A stretch of DNA of 64,000 nt from Podarcis gaigeae (lineage: Eukaryota), in NCBI GenBank assembly GCA_964106915.2, contig OZ066914.1; one strand, written 5' to 3'. Of this stretch, positions 33,889-47,800 are shown in pieces. The position numbers and the translations under genes are program-made. Under the pieces are notes generated by a model. The model worked only from the letters and a program-made list of their open reading frames with translations. It ran no database searches and was not told the DNA's origin. How positions within the stretch are numbered: the stretch's first letter is position 1; each line of letters opens with the position of its first letter.

Positions 33889-36800
33889 ATCTGTGTATCT
33901 GTCTATCCATGTGTGTATCTATCTATGTATACACACACACACACAATTTTATTTTTTTTGAAACTACAGGGCAAGATACACATTCCAGCTGATATACAGA
34001 ATCAGAGGTGACCACAGTATGTTGACAAAGGACAAATTTGTCGTCGTTGACAAATCTCCACATATCCTGAAGGACTGAATCTGCTCACTTAGCTTGATTT
34101 CAGCGCTATAGGCCTGAGTGGTTTGTAACTGATCCCCCTGTCAATATATAAAAATGGTGTGAGCCTTGTGGTACGTTAACTCCGAATATTAAGGCAGGAT
34201 TGTGCACAGGGTCTCAGACTCATCATCCAAAGCTTTTGTTGGGATTCACTGATAAAGGCTCCTTTTCCTAGTCTCCTGCTTTTGAAAAGAGTATTGCCAT
34301 CCTGAGAGTATTGCCGCCCTAAGCAGCACTTGGGTTCAGCCACAGGGTTCAGCTCCCTTCCATCCTATCCAAATGGGCATTTACAGGGTGATTTTCCAAA
34401 AACGTGTCCATGAAAAACAGGCCTCTGAAAGCTATGCAATATGTTTGCTTTGGGGGTGTGTGTTTGTTTGTGTTTGTTTTAAATTTGCTTACATTTTCTA
34501 GCATAGGCTTGGCACTGGATTACCATGCTGGAGATTAGAATCTGATCTTCGCTCTGCAGCTCCTCTGCCATATATGACCTTGGGTCTCCCATCTGATTGG
34601 GTGTTGCCATTCTCTTGGCTTGCTTTGATTTGAGCTCCTGCAGCACCTAGCACAAAAAGAGGTTGGTCAATTATCTGGCTTCTGCTCAGCCATGGGGTAG
34701 CTGCAGCGAACATGATGCTCAGAGACTTTGTAGACAGATGGCTGGGTTTTTAGTTATAATTTTTAAACAAGGCAGTATCCTTGCCATAGGCCATTCATTA
34801 AAATGAAGCGATGAATAATACATAAGTCGCCACATCTTTCTTAGAGAGGGGCCTGATGTGATGAACTCATTTCTCTAGCTTTATGCTTTCCTTATCAACT
34901 TATCTTGGCAGCATAGAAAAGAAAACACACATATAAGCTTCCTAATATAGTTGTTCAAAAGAAAATTAATTTATGCATTTATTCCATTTATTTAACATTG
35001 TTGGCCTGCATAGAGCTTTGAGTGGCATATTTGGGAGTCATTCCACACACCCCTTCCATATTTTATCCATGCAGCAGCCCTTTGAGATAGGTTAGGGTGA
35101 AATGGTAACTTATCCAAGGTCACTAATTGACTATTATGGTTGAGTGGGGATTTGAATCCAGGTCTTTCTAATCTGTATCTGGCATTGTGGCCCAGGTTTC
35201 TTCCTCTGAGCTGTTGAGCCACTTCCATGTTTCTAGCCATGTATTTCTTCCTCCTTTAGGATTATTACCCCATAAACACCAAGAAATACAGCTTCTTCCA
35301 CTGGTTTCTCTCTGGGCTGAAAAAAGTGTAGCCCACTGAATTTAGTCCTATGCTGTATCTGTTAATATATGAAACTTTGAAAGTTCAATGTACAGTAAGA
35401 CTAGGGAGATTTGCATGTGTTTTTACAAAAACAAACCACTGCTACTTGAAGATCCCATGAATCTGTGTAATCCAGTGAAGGAAATGGTTTGTGTACATCT
35501 GGGTTTCCAGTGTATGCCCAAGCATAGGCTTCCTAGGTGTGATTGTTGGTAGGCTACTATCCCTTGGTTCCAATTTCTCATCTGCGAAATGTAAATAACA
35601 GCAACCTTCGCCTCTCAGGACTGCAGAAGAACTAAATATTCAAGACCATAAAGCAGGGTCACCTGCTGCTGCTGGACTACAACTCCCGTCATCCCTAGCT
35701 AGCAGGAGCAGTGGTCAGGGATGATAGTCCAAAAACAGCTGGGGACCCAAGTTTGGGAAACAATGCTGTACAGTATTTCCCATGCTGCCACCACAATCCT
35801 AAATATGCTGTTCTTTGCATTAATGGAGAAAGTATGCTAAGGAACAAGGTGCTGTATGAATACTGTAGTTACTAATGGATCCGAACCAGCATAATCAAAC
35901 AGAGAGTAGGGATCAATCTAGACATTGTTTTACTTATTTGAAAAATGCTTTCCTAAGGCAACCCCCCCCCAAGGCAACCACACACAAAGCAAAGATAGTA
36001 AAGTTAATTACAAATGTGATTGCTCCAATGGGAAAGTTCATTTGCTTGCAAATCCTGGGATTTTGTGCAATACTGGCCTTCTATACATAATCACTAAAGG
36101 AGAACTCTGACTTCAAACTCTCTTAAAAGTTGGGTACATGCAGTTAGAGTGTGCAGAGGCACTGATTTTGAGATATGTGTGGTGGGTTTTTCCAAAGTAC
36201 ATTAGTTTATATAATCCCTTTTCCTGGAGAGCATTGCACAATATTGCACTTTAAAGGAGGCCAAGCAAAGGGGGGGATGTTCGAGCTGAAAAATGAAAAA
36301 GCTAAGTAAGAACCATGGTACAGAACTGCAAATAAAATAAAGTAAAATAAAATAAAAAATAAAACAAACCATTGAAACCAAGAATGCACAGCATGGCTGA
36401 AATTGCAGATGCTACCAAATGTCAAATAAAATGCAGGCTGTAGTGGTATTGGATAAATAGCACTTTGATGAGGGAATTGTCCTAAGTAAATGGCATTTAA
36501 TTTAAGCACTAGTCATAGATGACAAGATGCTGTGTGCATTAAAAGAGGATTAGGTAAATCAACGTAGAACCAAAAGGTCTACCAGAAGGGGGAAGCCCCC
36601 CTCCTCTGCACCCAGTTTCGGAATGAAGCAGGTTGCTGTTGCAGGAGGGACAGAGGTCTCTGCCTCTTCTTTACCAAATCGCCAATGGGCTGGCAACATA
36701 GGCAGGCCTATTTACCAGGCTTTATTAATAGAGCTCCATTTTGACCTTGATATCAGGCTACATCTTCACATGCAGCAGAATGAGGTAGGAATGAGATGGT

Positions 36801-37232
36801 AGAATGGACTGTGCTATGTCAGGTTGTATGTGGGGAAATCACACTTTGAATGAACCCCTATGTCAATTTTCTCTGCAAATAGAAGGCCAGCATGGCAGGG
36901 AGAGAGGGTTGGGCTTGAATCTTCCTCCCTAAGCTGCTATTTTTTAATATTTGGAAGGAGATTTCTATGGTTTATAAGATTCAGTATTTTATGTATTTAC
37001 TGCACTCATATCCCACCCCCTCCTCTAAGGAGCTCAAGGTGACATGCATGGTTCGTTGCCTTCCTTCCCATTTTATCCATGTCAGGGAGGTTAGGCTGAA
37101 TGACTGTGACTGGCCCAGGGTCACCTAGTGAGTTTCATGGTTGAGTGAAGATTTGAACCCGGGTCCTAGTCCAACACACTAAGCACTACAGCACCACTGG
37201 CTTTTTACCACTATATTCCACTACTGCAAGTA

Positions 37233-37468
37233 CAGAGGTACCTTGGTTTACAAACTTAATCCGTTCCGGAAGTCCGTTCTTAAACCAAAGCATTCTTTCC
37301 CATAGCAGTGTGGGATTCAATTTACAAATGGCACACACTCAACAGGAAGCGGAACATGTTCTGCTTCCAAGGCAAAATTCACAAACCAAAACACCTACTT
37401 CCGGGTTTGCAGTGTTCTTAATCCAAGTTGTTCATAAATTAAGCTGTTCTTAAACCAAGGTACCACTG
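37233..37468. mobile_element. Tigger-like MITE
   Basis: CAGAGGTACCTTGGTTTA / TAAACCAAGGTACCACTG TIRs and a TA TSD. Confidence 0.88.
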
Positions 37469-37733
37469 TAGTCTGAAGTGGTCCTGTCTATTCTGCCTCT
37501 AGACTCCACCACCTCATTTGTCCATATATCTAGACCCAACCTTAACATATTTCAGGCAAGATGAATGATAGACCACTCGTACAATAATTTTGCCTCCCAG
37601 TTTCGCTCCGTCCTTCTATCCAGAGAATTGATTGCCAAAGTATTAAGTAAAAGCAGATGCCTCTCCATAATGCAAGCAAGCAGACATGCTGGAATGCTGT
37701 TTAATCATGCAAATCAATACTATTGGATTAGAT

Positions 37734-37869
37734 CAGGCATGGCCAAACTTGGCCCTTCGGATGTTTTGGAACTACAACTCCCATAATCCCTAGCTAACAG
37801 GACCAGTGGTCAGGGATGATGGGAATTGTAGTCCCAAAACATCTGGAGGGCCAAGTATGTCCATGCCTG
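37734..37869. mobile_element. hAT MITE, 136 bp; best-preserved copy of an abundant family
   Basis: CAGGCATGG...CCATGCCTG TIRs, internal ctacaactccca/tgggaattgtag inverted repeat, and a perfect 8-bp TSD GATTAGAT. Degraded relatives at about 3230-3340, 3360-3495, 21350-21430, 35650-35767, 38310-38400, 39690-39820, 43010-43110, 50040-50150, 55505-55605 and 56990-57128. Confidence 0.9.
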
Positions 37870-40800
37870 GATTAGATGTTGATGAGGTGTACATAGGTTT
37901 CAGGGGAAGCTACAAAGTTGCTGTAAAGGCATTACAGTTTTTTCAAAGCCCCACCCCGAACATGCAGATTCCTTGATTTTATTTAGTTCCTTGTAACGTG
38001 CTCCTTTATGTTGCAGTGCTGATGTGCTATTGATTTGGCGGAGTACGTTTGGTAACTCTTTCTTTTTTAATACTAGCATTTTACTGCAGCGTTAGGCTGC
38101 CACAGGAAGTGCACATTGAGGGCAGCATATACAGTTCACTTCACACAGTCATGTGAGATGTGGGTGTATAAGAAAGAGGAGAAAACTGTTTTAAGGGCAC
38201 CCAGGGAACGTTATGACTGAATGAGCATTTGAACACCGGTCTCCCCCACCTAACACCCTAACCACCATATCCCTTTACGCTAAGAACAAAGCCCTATGGA
38301 AGCGATAGACAACCTGTGGCCCTCTGGCCCCAGCCAGCATGGTCAGTGGTCAGGGATGATGGGAATTGTGGTTCATTAGAACTTGGAAGATCACAGGTTT
38401 CATAGCCCTTCCTTGTGGTCTGCTATCCTAGTCTAAGAGTCAGAAGGAGGGGAGGATGACACAGTACTAGTACAAAATTATCAGCATGGCTTTGCATCAG
38501 AGTTACACTGGTGCAGCACTTGGGACCAATGGACCTGTGTTAAATGATGCCGCTGCGCCATCATGAGTGGCTCTAGATGAGTCAGATGTGGGTATAAACA
38601 GCAGGAGGGGATTGAAGGGGGTGGGCTATACTTGTGCTTTTCCATGTGGATCATACAACAAATTAAAAAGAGGGCAGATTACAACCACAGGAACAGGGTG
38701 GGCTTTGAAAACCCACATCTCAGGTGTCAAAGGCCAGGGTCTTCAGCACACATGCAGGCCCCCCACTCACAATTTGCAAGGAGAGAGAGAGATATCAAAA
38801 TATTTCAGATAGGTTTCTTGACCTGCCAAACAATACTGATGGGCTTTGTAAGGTTAATCAGAAACCTAAAAACAAAATAAAACAAATCAAAACAAAAGAA
38901 CAAACAAACAAAAACACCCACCACTTATAAAAAACAAATAAAGGTGGGGAGGGAAGTTGGGAGGATATGGGGTTGTATCCAACTAGATTCTTTTCCAAGT
39001 ACACTCATAAAAATTAATGGACCTTAAATTTGCCATGCCCATTAATTTCAGTGGATCTACCAAAATAGGCTACAACTGATACCCTGCTTCTGATAATATT
39101 GCATGTACTTCCATCTCTTTTCAAGTTGGTACACCAAAGATTCTGTTCCCTTTTGCAGACATGGAAGAGGGAGATGATCTTTTGCCCCCTTTCAATTACG
39201 GTACTTATATAACATTTCAGCATTACTACAGAAGAAACGTGCTAGACGGTAATGAGTAAAGGTATCTGTACTTTTTATAACCAAGCTCACAAATTTATGT
39301 ACATCACTTCAATTTTCAGCTTGCTGGAAAGATCTCTTGGAGTAGTTAAGGGTTGGGGAATCTGTGGCTTGTAGATCAGGGCTTCTCAAACTTTCATCCC
39401 CATGGCCCACATGAGACAGCTGAGGCCAACCAGTCATAAAAGGTTGGGGCAGAGCCAAACACAAAATGGTGACAGTTTTTGGCATAATTGATTGACAATT
39501 ACTGACATCACTTTCTACCGATGTCTTATCTATTCTTTGCCATCATTTGCCATCCATCATTTTCCTTGTGGCAATGAGTTCCATGGTTCTACTTTCACCA
39601 AGCAGAGTGCAGACATTGACTCAGATGTAGTTACCCAATTTTAGGCAGAATTTGCTGATCCAGAGGCTGCTACCACATATGCCACCCTTCACCAAACAGA
39701 TGCCCCCCAGCTGTTTTGGACTAAAACTCCCATCAGACCAGCTAGCACAGCTGTGTTGGATGAGACTGATGGGAGTTGTAGCCCAAAAAAGCTGGAGGGC
39801 ACCAGCTTGGTGAAGGTTGGCATATGCACAAGCATCTTGGATTGAGTTAAAGGCCTGAGGGCTTTTACATTTTGCATTTTGATTCATTTTAATATCTCAG
39901 ATTAGAGCAATGACATTTCATACTGAGTCATGACATCCTCTTTAATCATTCTGTTTTTGGTGGGTGCTTCTGCCTCTCCAGAAACAGCTCCATATGGCTG
40001 TGTGATGATGATTCATCCGAAGCTTTTGTCTAGCAGGATTCTGTGCATCCTGCATCTGTGAATCTAGCTGTGGTGTGTTTATCACGAATTCTTTGCTCCA
40101 ATTCTCCATATATCATTTGGCTTTAAAGGAAAAGAAGAAAAAGGGGGAAGCACCCACTATCTCCTTCGGATATTACTTTTTAGGCAGAGCAGTCCTATAT
40201 CCCATTTATGTTTGTCCCAAACTTCCTAGTGTTTTTCATTCTCTCTCTCTCTTTGCCTGTCATTTCCTTGATTCTCGATGTCATGGTATGCAACTGAAAA
40301 GTAGCTCTCTGTTCTCACAAGTTTCTACTGCAGTAAACAAACAGTTCTTTAATATGTCTGTGCACCGATTCTTCTCTGGTAGAGATCCTGAAGGATCTCT
40401 GTGTATACTTTCTGGAACTGTTATAATTCTCACTTCTGTTGTCATCTCTAAAGTTGAGAAGACAAAACACATTCCCATTAAATAGTATGCGAATTTAGTA
40501 GCAGAGAATTGAGGCCAGAGGCAGATTTACCTATGAAACCATTATTTCTTGTCACAGGTTATATAACCACCTACATTTCCCCACCTCTCAGTCTCTAATG
40601 CCTTGGCTCAGACATTATGCCTAGCCATAGTTCACAACCCAAGCCATGGTTAGAAATTCCAAATGTACAAGAGGCAAACCATGGCTTATAGGTCATTTTC
40701 TTGTCATTTTCTGTTTTCTGTACACTCAGAATTCTGCTTTAATAAGTTCACTCTTGTCTCCATGGTGTAGCTTCTCTTAAGAAGGAGCTATGGCCATAAC

Positions 40801-42392
40801 TATGGTATGTCAATTTAAACACTTGACACAAACCATTATTTGCAAGCAAACTTCATAACCTTGTTTTAGATTCGAGTTAGTTTTTGCTGGCTGTTTATAA
40901 ACAATGGTCCATTAGTTCAGGCACTGCACCAAACTTCCTTAATCCTGGTTTGGCACGATGTCTGAATTTATCCATGCAAATGAGTTGTCGTTCAGAGAAG
41001 AACCATATAAATTAACAACATGTTTGAATTGGTTCAGATGCAATATTTCCAGCTTAATAAATAATAATTCATTAAACCAGGAATTAGCATGGGTCATTTA
41101 CACTGTACACTGCCTTCAGTGCTTTGGCCCTGGCTTCTTTAAACCACAGCTCCTATTGAAAGCACAGTTTCCATTATGTCCAAAACAGGATTTCTTTTTC
41201 ATTTTTAAATGTCAGTTGGCTAAATAGGACAGGAAGCCATTGTCTGAACCTGGTTCCAGGTCACAGAAGGATGTGAAGAAGGCGCATTCTTCATTCCCGG
41301 CTTAATAAACCATGGTTTATTAAGTCAGTAATGTTATGTCCTAACCAGCAGTCCATGTGTTTCAGGGCCCACTAGAGAGATGCTCTTGTTGCCAGTATAT
41401 CAGATAATGATTCAGAAATGCTTGCCTTGGGGCAAATTCTATGTCTCACTGATTGTTGTTTACATTTCTGCATGTATCCAAAATTGTGCCACCGATTGAT
41501 TCACAACACTGTCGTTGTCAGTTTGCACTTCATTTCAAAATGATGTTTTACCACTACTACTTCTGTTTTTAGTGGCCTCCCTCTTGCTGCCAATGCAATC
41601 CACTGGGAAGAAGACCAGCCTCCCAGTTCAGGAGTCCTTTTAACAGGGTTCCTTGTTAAGCCTGTCTGATTCACCAACTGTGGCAATTAGTTTTTATGGG
41701 AGCACTCCAAATCAGTTTGAAAAGTGGTGCTTGTATAAATCTGTGTCTCCATTGACTGAAACCCTTTATTCATGTAGATTGTGCTTGCAAACAGTTTTAT
41801 GGCCTGTTGGTTTGCAATTGGCTCTGCTTTACTCCACCTGCACACCAACAGAGTTTCTGTCAAGTTCTCGGGAGCTGGGGGCACTGAGCATCAGTACTGT
41901 TTTGCAAACGTAATTGAGACTTTGATATTTTAGTGGTGAGCAGAGAATGCTTTTTAAATGTCTTGCAGTCAAAGAAACGAAGGGATCCCTCCCAGCTTTC
42001 TCCCAGGAGAGGGAACGGTATTCACAAATTGATCAACAGATGGCCTGGATTTTGCTTTGGAAGGAAAGGACAGCCACTGTTGTCAATGTGACTCATGTGC
42101 ATATATATATTTGTGTATGCCTGGTATTCCAGAGCCTGATAGAGGGTGTTCTGCAACGTGAAGTACGTGATGAGGTTTCTCTGCAGTTGGATAATGGCTG
42201 AGGAGATCTGTGTGATTATTGTGCTTCTGTGTACATGCAGCCTTGAGCTGCTCTTTGCAGGCTGATCATGATAATCCATGGTCTGGAGCAGATGGGGTGG
42301 CACAGCATGCAGGCACGCACGCACGCACGCACGCACGCACTTGCAAGCATAGCTGTTTACCTGAAATAGGCATACAGCTGAACCATTGGGCG

Positions 42393-42528
42393 CAGTGCTG
42401 TTTTTCTAGAAAAAGAAGTGCTGAAACTCACCACAAATGCCTCCCTTGTTCTCTTAGAAAAGCAATGGCGCCCACCTGAGAGGTGCTTGAACTGGGTTCT
42501 GATGGGTTAAGGCTGAAAAAAAGCCTTG
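42393..42528 (-). mobile_element. hAT-type MITE, same family as 9236-9371
   Basis: Reverse-complement similarity to 9236-9371 along its whole length. Confidence 0.65.
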
Positions 42529-44524
42529 GTTGCGTGAAGTCCCGTATATTACAAAAGGGGAGGGAGGGGTAAAGTCTCTGATTGAGATGACATTTGGGTT
42601 CAGAAGAAGTGGGGAGGGAAGCGTTGGTGGGGGGGGGGGTTCCATGGGATGCCTAGTGTGGCAACTCAGTGGGAATGTAGAGGTGGTTTGCTCTGTCAGC
42701 TGAAAGGGGCTGTAAAATGAAGCTGTTTCTCCTGAGCTGTGTGTGCTTGACAAGAGAGACGGCCTCGGAGAAACTATAAATTATTCCTAGAGCTCTCTAG
42801 TGAGTGGGCCTAAGAATAAAGACCTGGGAGTGAGAAACCTTTAGTCATATCCTTTCTTTCCTGTCTCACTTTGATCTGTCATTGGACCTTTACTGCTTCA
42901 TTTTGCAGCACAGAGTTAAACTGCCATGCTGCCCCCAAAGTTTATGAGCAGTTCCACTTTTCATTTCCATTTTTTTTGGCATTTAATTTGCCCAATCCCC
43001 CTACTGCAGGGATTGCCAATGTCATGTCCAGATACTGTGGACTATAACTCCCAACATCCCTGGCCATTGGCCATTCTAGCTGGGGCTGATGGGAGTTGCA
43101 GTCGAAGCCTGCAACATAATAATCATCATGTTGGTTGCCCTGTCTTATTGGTTCAATTCTACACTTACTGGAGGGCATCTGACATGCACACTGTGCTTAC
43201 TTGGAGACCAAAGTGTCTTGGGGGCGGTGGGCGGAGAACCACTGTCTTCTGATGAAGTCAGTAGATCTGGCTGGGCACATTGGTTTCCTATCATCACCCA
43301 ATGGTTTCCTTGCAGTATCAGTTCTGTCCACTTTCTGATGGCCTGCTTAATGAGCATTTAGCTTGATATGTTTGTGAGGAGATTAGATGATGTTGCAGAG
43401 CATTTCTCCACAACTTTTCTCACCGCAAAAAATCCAATCTTTGGGGGAATTGGGCTTGTTTTGCAAGAGTGTTAATTGCACAGCCCAAATTTGCCAGGGT
43501 GTGACTAAGCCCCACCTGAAAATAGTGAGAACCTGGAGGTACCCTTTGACCATTACACTCCAGTTTACAACTGTGTAAACTAGGGTTTGTTTCCCTACCA
43601 TTTTCTAACTGGTCTGGAAGCCTGTGCTATCAGATGAAATCTTACTTGTGTAATCAATAGTTGCCTTTGGGTAGAAGCATTTTATTTCGGCACTACAGTA
43701 ATTCATTCTTCAGTACCATGTCAGCTGCTTTCCTCAAAACTGTTTATATTTAGAACAACGTTCCCTCCATATTATGCTTCTTCTGATTCTAACAGCGCAT
43801 AATGCGTCAGTATGCGGCTTGGTTTTCTGGAGATACCACTTTAAATGATCTGCACTCAAGAGTCTCATGTGTCTTTCATTATTCCATATCCATGCCAATT
43901 ATGTTGGCAATGCCTTTCCTGGATATGCTGGGACCTTCTTAGAACCATCTGCATGCAAAACAGCTGCTCTACTGCTAAGCTATAGCTTCTCTCCCCTCCC
44001 CCCCAAGATCTGTGGCCACTGTGAGATCAATAGCAGATAATGCACTTGCGTGACCTTGAGAATGGTTTGTATGAAATTTGTATATCCTGACTACGTGAAA
44101 GATAACATAATCAAGTCACAATGCCAATACTGTTGGGATCAAGGGTTATAGTGATCTCTGGAGAACTTAGCTTCCATGCCAATATTTTGAAAAGGGGATT
44201 TATTTCCTAATTCATAGTTGTTAACAGTGAGTTCAACTGAACCAGAATTTGGACACCTCTGAAATCAGGTTGTTGGTGGTATGAAGGTAGAATGGCTGAA
44301 GGCATGAAATCAAGAGGAATGCAAGATTTGGGGTAGAGCTGAGGAATAACCCCCCAACTTAAACCTCCCAACTTAATGTTTGGTCGGACTTTAAGTTTGG
44401 TAAGCAAACCAGTCCACTTCTGAAGCCCCTAACCACTTCCATGGATCCTGTTTGGACTGTAAGAGTGTTCACATGTTATATTCAACAAGCGTACAATACA
44501 TGTACACAATAGTTGAGCTGTATA

Positions 44525-44856
44525 CAGTGGTGCCTCGCAAGACGAAAAGAATCTGTTCCGCGATTCTCTTCGTCTAGCGGTTTTTTCGTCTTATGAAGCA
44601 AGCCCATTGACGGCTTAGCAGATTAGCGCTATTACTGGCTTAGCGGCTTTTAGCGGCTTATCTGCTTAGCGGATAAGCAGATAAGCGGCTTAGAAAAAGG
44701 GGGGGGAAGGAAAAAAAAGTCAGAAAAACTCACAAGACATTTTCATCTTGCGAAGCAAGCCCATAGGAAATTCGTTTTGCGAAGCACCTCCAAAACGGAA
44801 AACCCTTTCGTCTAGTGGGTTTTTCGTCTTGCGAGGCGTCTTGCGGGGCACCACTG
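44525..44856. mobile_element. Tigger-like MITE
   Basis: CAGTGGTGCCTCGCAAGACG / CGTCTTGCGGGGCACCACTG TIRs, a TA TSD and internal (ttagcgg)-type repeats. Confidence 0.88.
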
Positions 44857-47800
44857 TACTTATATAGTTATTGTACTGTTCAATGAATGTAGAATGTGTG
44901 TACTCAACAATTGAGCTGAACAAATCAACCAGTGCACACTTTTTCTGAGAAAAATGTCTACAGGTGTGAATATAACCTGTCCCTGGGTTCAGTGTAATGT
45001 GTGAATGTGTTCTATTTGAATGTGTTCAGTGTCATGTTGGGGGGGATGGGGCTCACAGGTGCCAGCTATGTTTGCCAGGTCACAATGTCTGCTGTATTTG
45101 CATTAGACTTGGAACTCTGATGGCTAAAAAGCAGTTTCTACCCATCCTGTTTGGATCATCTTTTAAAACCAGCAGAAAGACTATTAAGAAAGACAAGGTC
45201 TTCTTTGTAGCATTCATTTAAACCAAATTAGCCATGGTGTGAACACTCTGCTTTTCCTGGCTCACTATTTGAGACTATATGTGGCTGATTCCATTTTGAA
45301 ATGGGGTCAGCCAAAGACTTTTGGGAAAGCAAGATTTTAAAATATTTGTATGCTGCTCTTCACCTCACTCTATTTTAGGAGAGTTGGCTACAAAAATAGA
45401 AATATAATGACAAGACCAGAACAAAAATAGCAGATAAGACGCTAAAAGTGGCAACACGATTTTAAATTATTGGAATGTGTTCTTCATGAGATGTCTGAGG
45501 GATAGATGTATTGGCACCATCAGCCCTCATTAGGGAGGCTATTTTATAACAGGGGTATCCCTGCCAAAAAACAACAACAGCCCTCTCTCTCCCACTTTGA
45601 CCCCCATCTCACCTCTGTTGTGGGATCCTGCTAGCAATAAGATCTGGGCTAATTAGTGCAAAAGAACTTATATTAAATAATAATTAAATTGTATATTTTT
45701 TGCTTAAATATTTGTTTGCTGTTTTCATAAGTTCATTTTTAGTGCTTTTAAATGCCATGCACATTCTGTTTTTAAATACAGGTTGCTTCTTCATGTATGT
45801 TTAGCTTACTTGGCATGCTGATTTTCACTCCTTGTCCATCCATTCCATTCTGGGTCCCATTAACAGATAATACCAAGGGTGGGATTTTTTTTTTTTAATA
45901 ATAGGATTTTAACCCTACACCTCTAAATATCCATTGCCTGCAGTCTGTTGTTGCTTAATGCAGGTTTGAGCCTGTTGGTGGCAGGGATCATGGAAGCAGT
46001 AAGTTTTAAAGAAGTGGACTTCCTCCCTGCTTTACTTCCACAAATTGGTAGAAGTGGCAGCACAGCACAAGGAAGCCTCATCCTAGAAAAAGTAAAGCGA
46101 GTATGAAGGGGAAGGGGAGGTTTGAAGATAGTATATCTTGTGCAAGACAATGCAACCAATATGTCAAAAAGTGTTTGTCAGACACACATGGGGGACCCAA
46201 ACCTGCTTTGACAGGACAGATGATATTTCCCAATTTAGGGAGCGGGCCTGGAGCAAGAGCATTAGACACCCCAGGCTTTGGGAGGAAAATTGGAGCACAA
46301 TATTGGGCTCATATGCCTTCAGCTGCCCCTCTATATGCTCTGGTGCTGCAAACTACTGCTTATGCTCATTTCTAGTAAAAGTAAATATTAACTATAATAT
46401 GAGTCCATGGTCACTTTTCTGAAGGGGAAGGCTCAAAAGCTTTGCTTCCATTTTTACCTCTCGGGGATGGAATCAATATTCTCAAACCCCACTCCCTATA
46501 TACCGGTACATTAGACCTCTTTTCCCAGCTGCATGAGATAAAGAAAGCCTGTAGGTACCTTTCTGCTAGCACACAAGAGGTTAATGATACAGCTGGAACT
46601 GCAAGCGTAATCCCAGCAGCCCCTCATCCATCATGGTTACTCTTTCCCCACAGTGAGAGTTAAATTCCAACATATTCAGCAGTTGCAGAATACACTGCCA
46701 TCAGTGTCATATGCTGTAAGATTCTGTAAGAATATTTCTCCCATTGTAGCTCATTTCCTCATTTCCTTTTGTCCTTCTTTATGTCATTTCCTCTGTCTGA
46801 ACTGGCCCTGCGCCTTTACTTCACAGCACGTTTGAATTAATGTAATTAGTAGGTGCATTATTAGATCACTTAAGCACAAAGAACTTGTGTGCATGTCTAG
46901 TAACCGTCTTAAGTAACCCCATTAACAAATGACGGGGCAACTGGCCCACGCACTGAAGTAGATCAATCCGTATTACTTGAGTTGCTGACTCAAGGTTGCA
47001 CAGGCAGAAAGAAACCTTGGAAGCTGTTTGAAGAATGTTCTGAGTACCAGTGGAGAGGAGAAAAAGTGGGTGTGTCGGTTTATTTTGTTTGAAGGATAAC
47101 TTTGAGGGGATGCTGGAGAGAGGCACAAACCTTTTTGCATCACTTAAAAAATACATTTTGTTTTTGTTTTGTTTTTTAAGTAGAAGAAATTGTAGAGCCC
47201 AAACAACCTTTTGGTATGATATCCCAGAGGGAGAACCCAGAGGAATAGTCAAATGTTAAGGCTTTTTTATAAAAAAAAGAAAAAAATGGCTGGAATATTT
47301 TTTTAAAAAACAAAAATGGCTGGAACAGATGAAATCTATTGGGGAGCCAGATGTGGCCTTCAGGTTAGGAACCCTTGCTCCAGGTTGTAATAAAATAAAT
47401 CTAAAGCGCCCCCCCCCCCCGAGTTGGGTTGAAGGAGCCCTTGTCAGGCTTGGAAACTGCTCCCAGCCACCCACAGCCCACAGCCTGATGGACGCCTATC
47501 AGGATTCTCTTCTGGGGAACCCTTTTCAAAAATGGGCTGTGCCAGTTGGGAAAAACTTCCTCTCACGATTCGTCACAGTTACTGTTGGGATGATCAATGT
47601 GGCTCTTTACCACAAGGCCTTACTGACAGTTATTTTCTCTACTATAATACCATCAGTATGTTCCCACTATAAAAGCTGCTCTCATGCAACTGACATTGAG
47701 GCTTGCTGCAGTAAAATGAAGTAAAGCACAAATGTATAGCTGCATCCCTTGTTCATTTCCCTTTCCCCACCCCTCTGTTGTCTTTCACATGATCTAAATG

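Noticed and set aside
33430-34011. Poly-Gln and poly-Cys ORFs
   Set aside because: Translations of simple repeats.
45119-45145. ATGGCTAAAAAGCAG (MAKKQF), resembling the SLC25A22 start MADKQIS
   Set aside because: No donor at the expected position and no further similarity.
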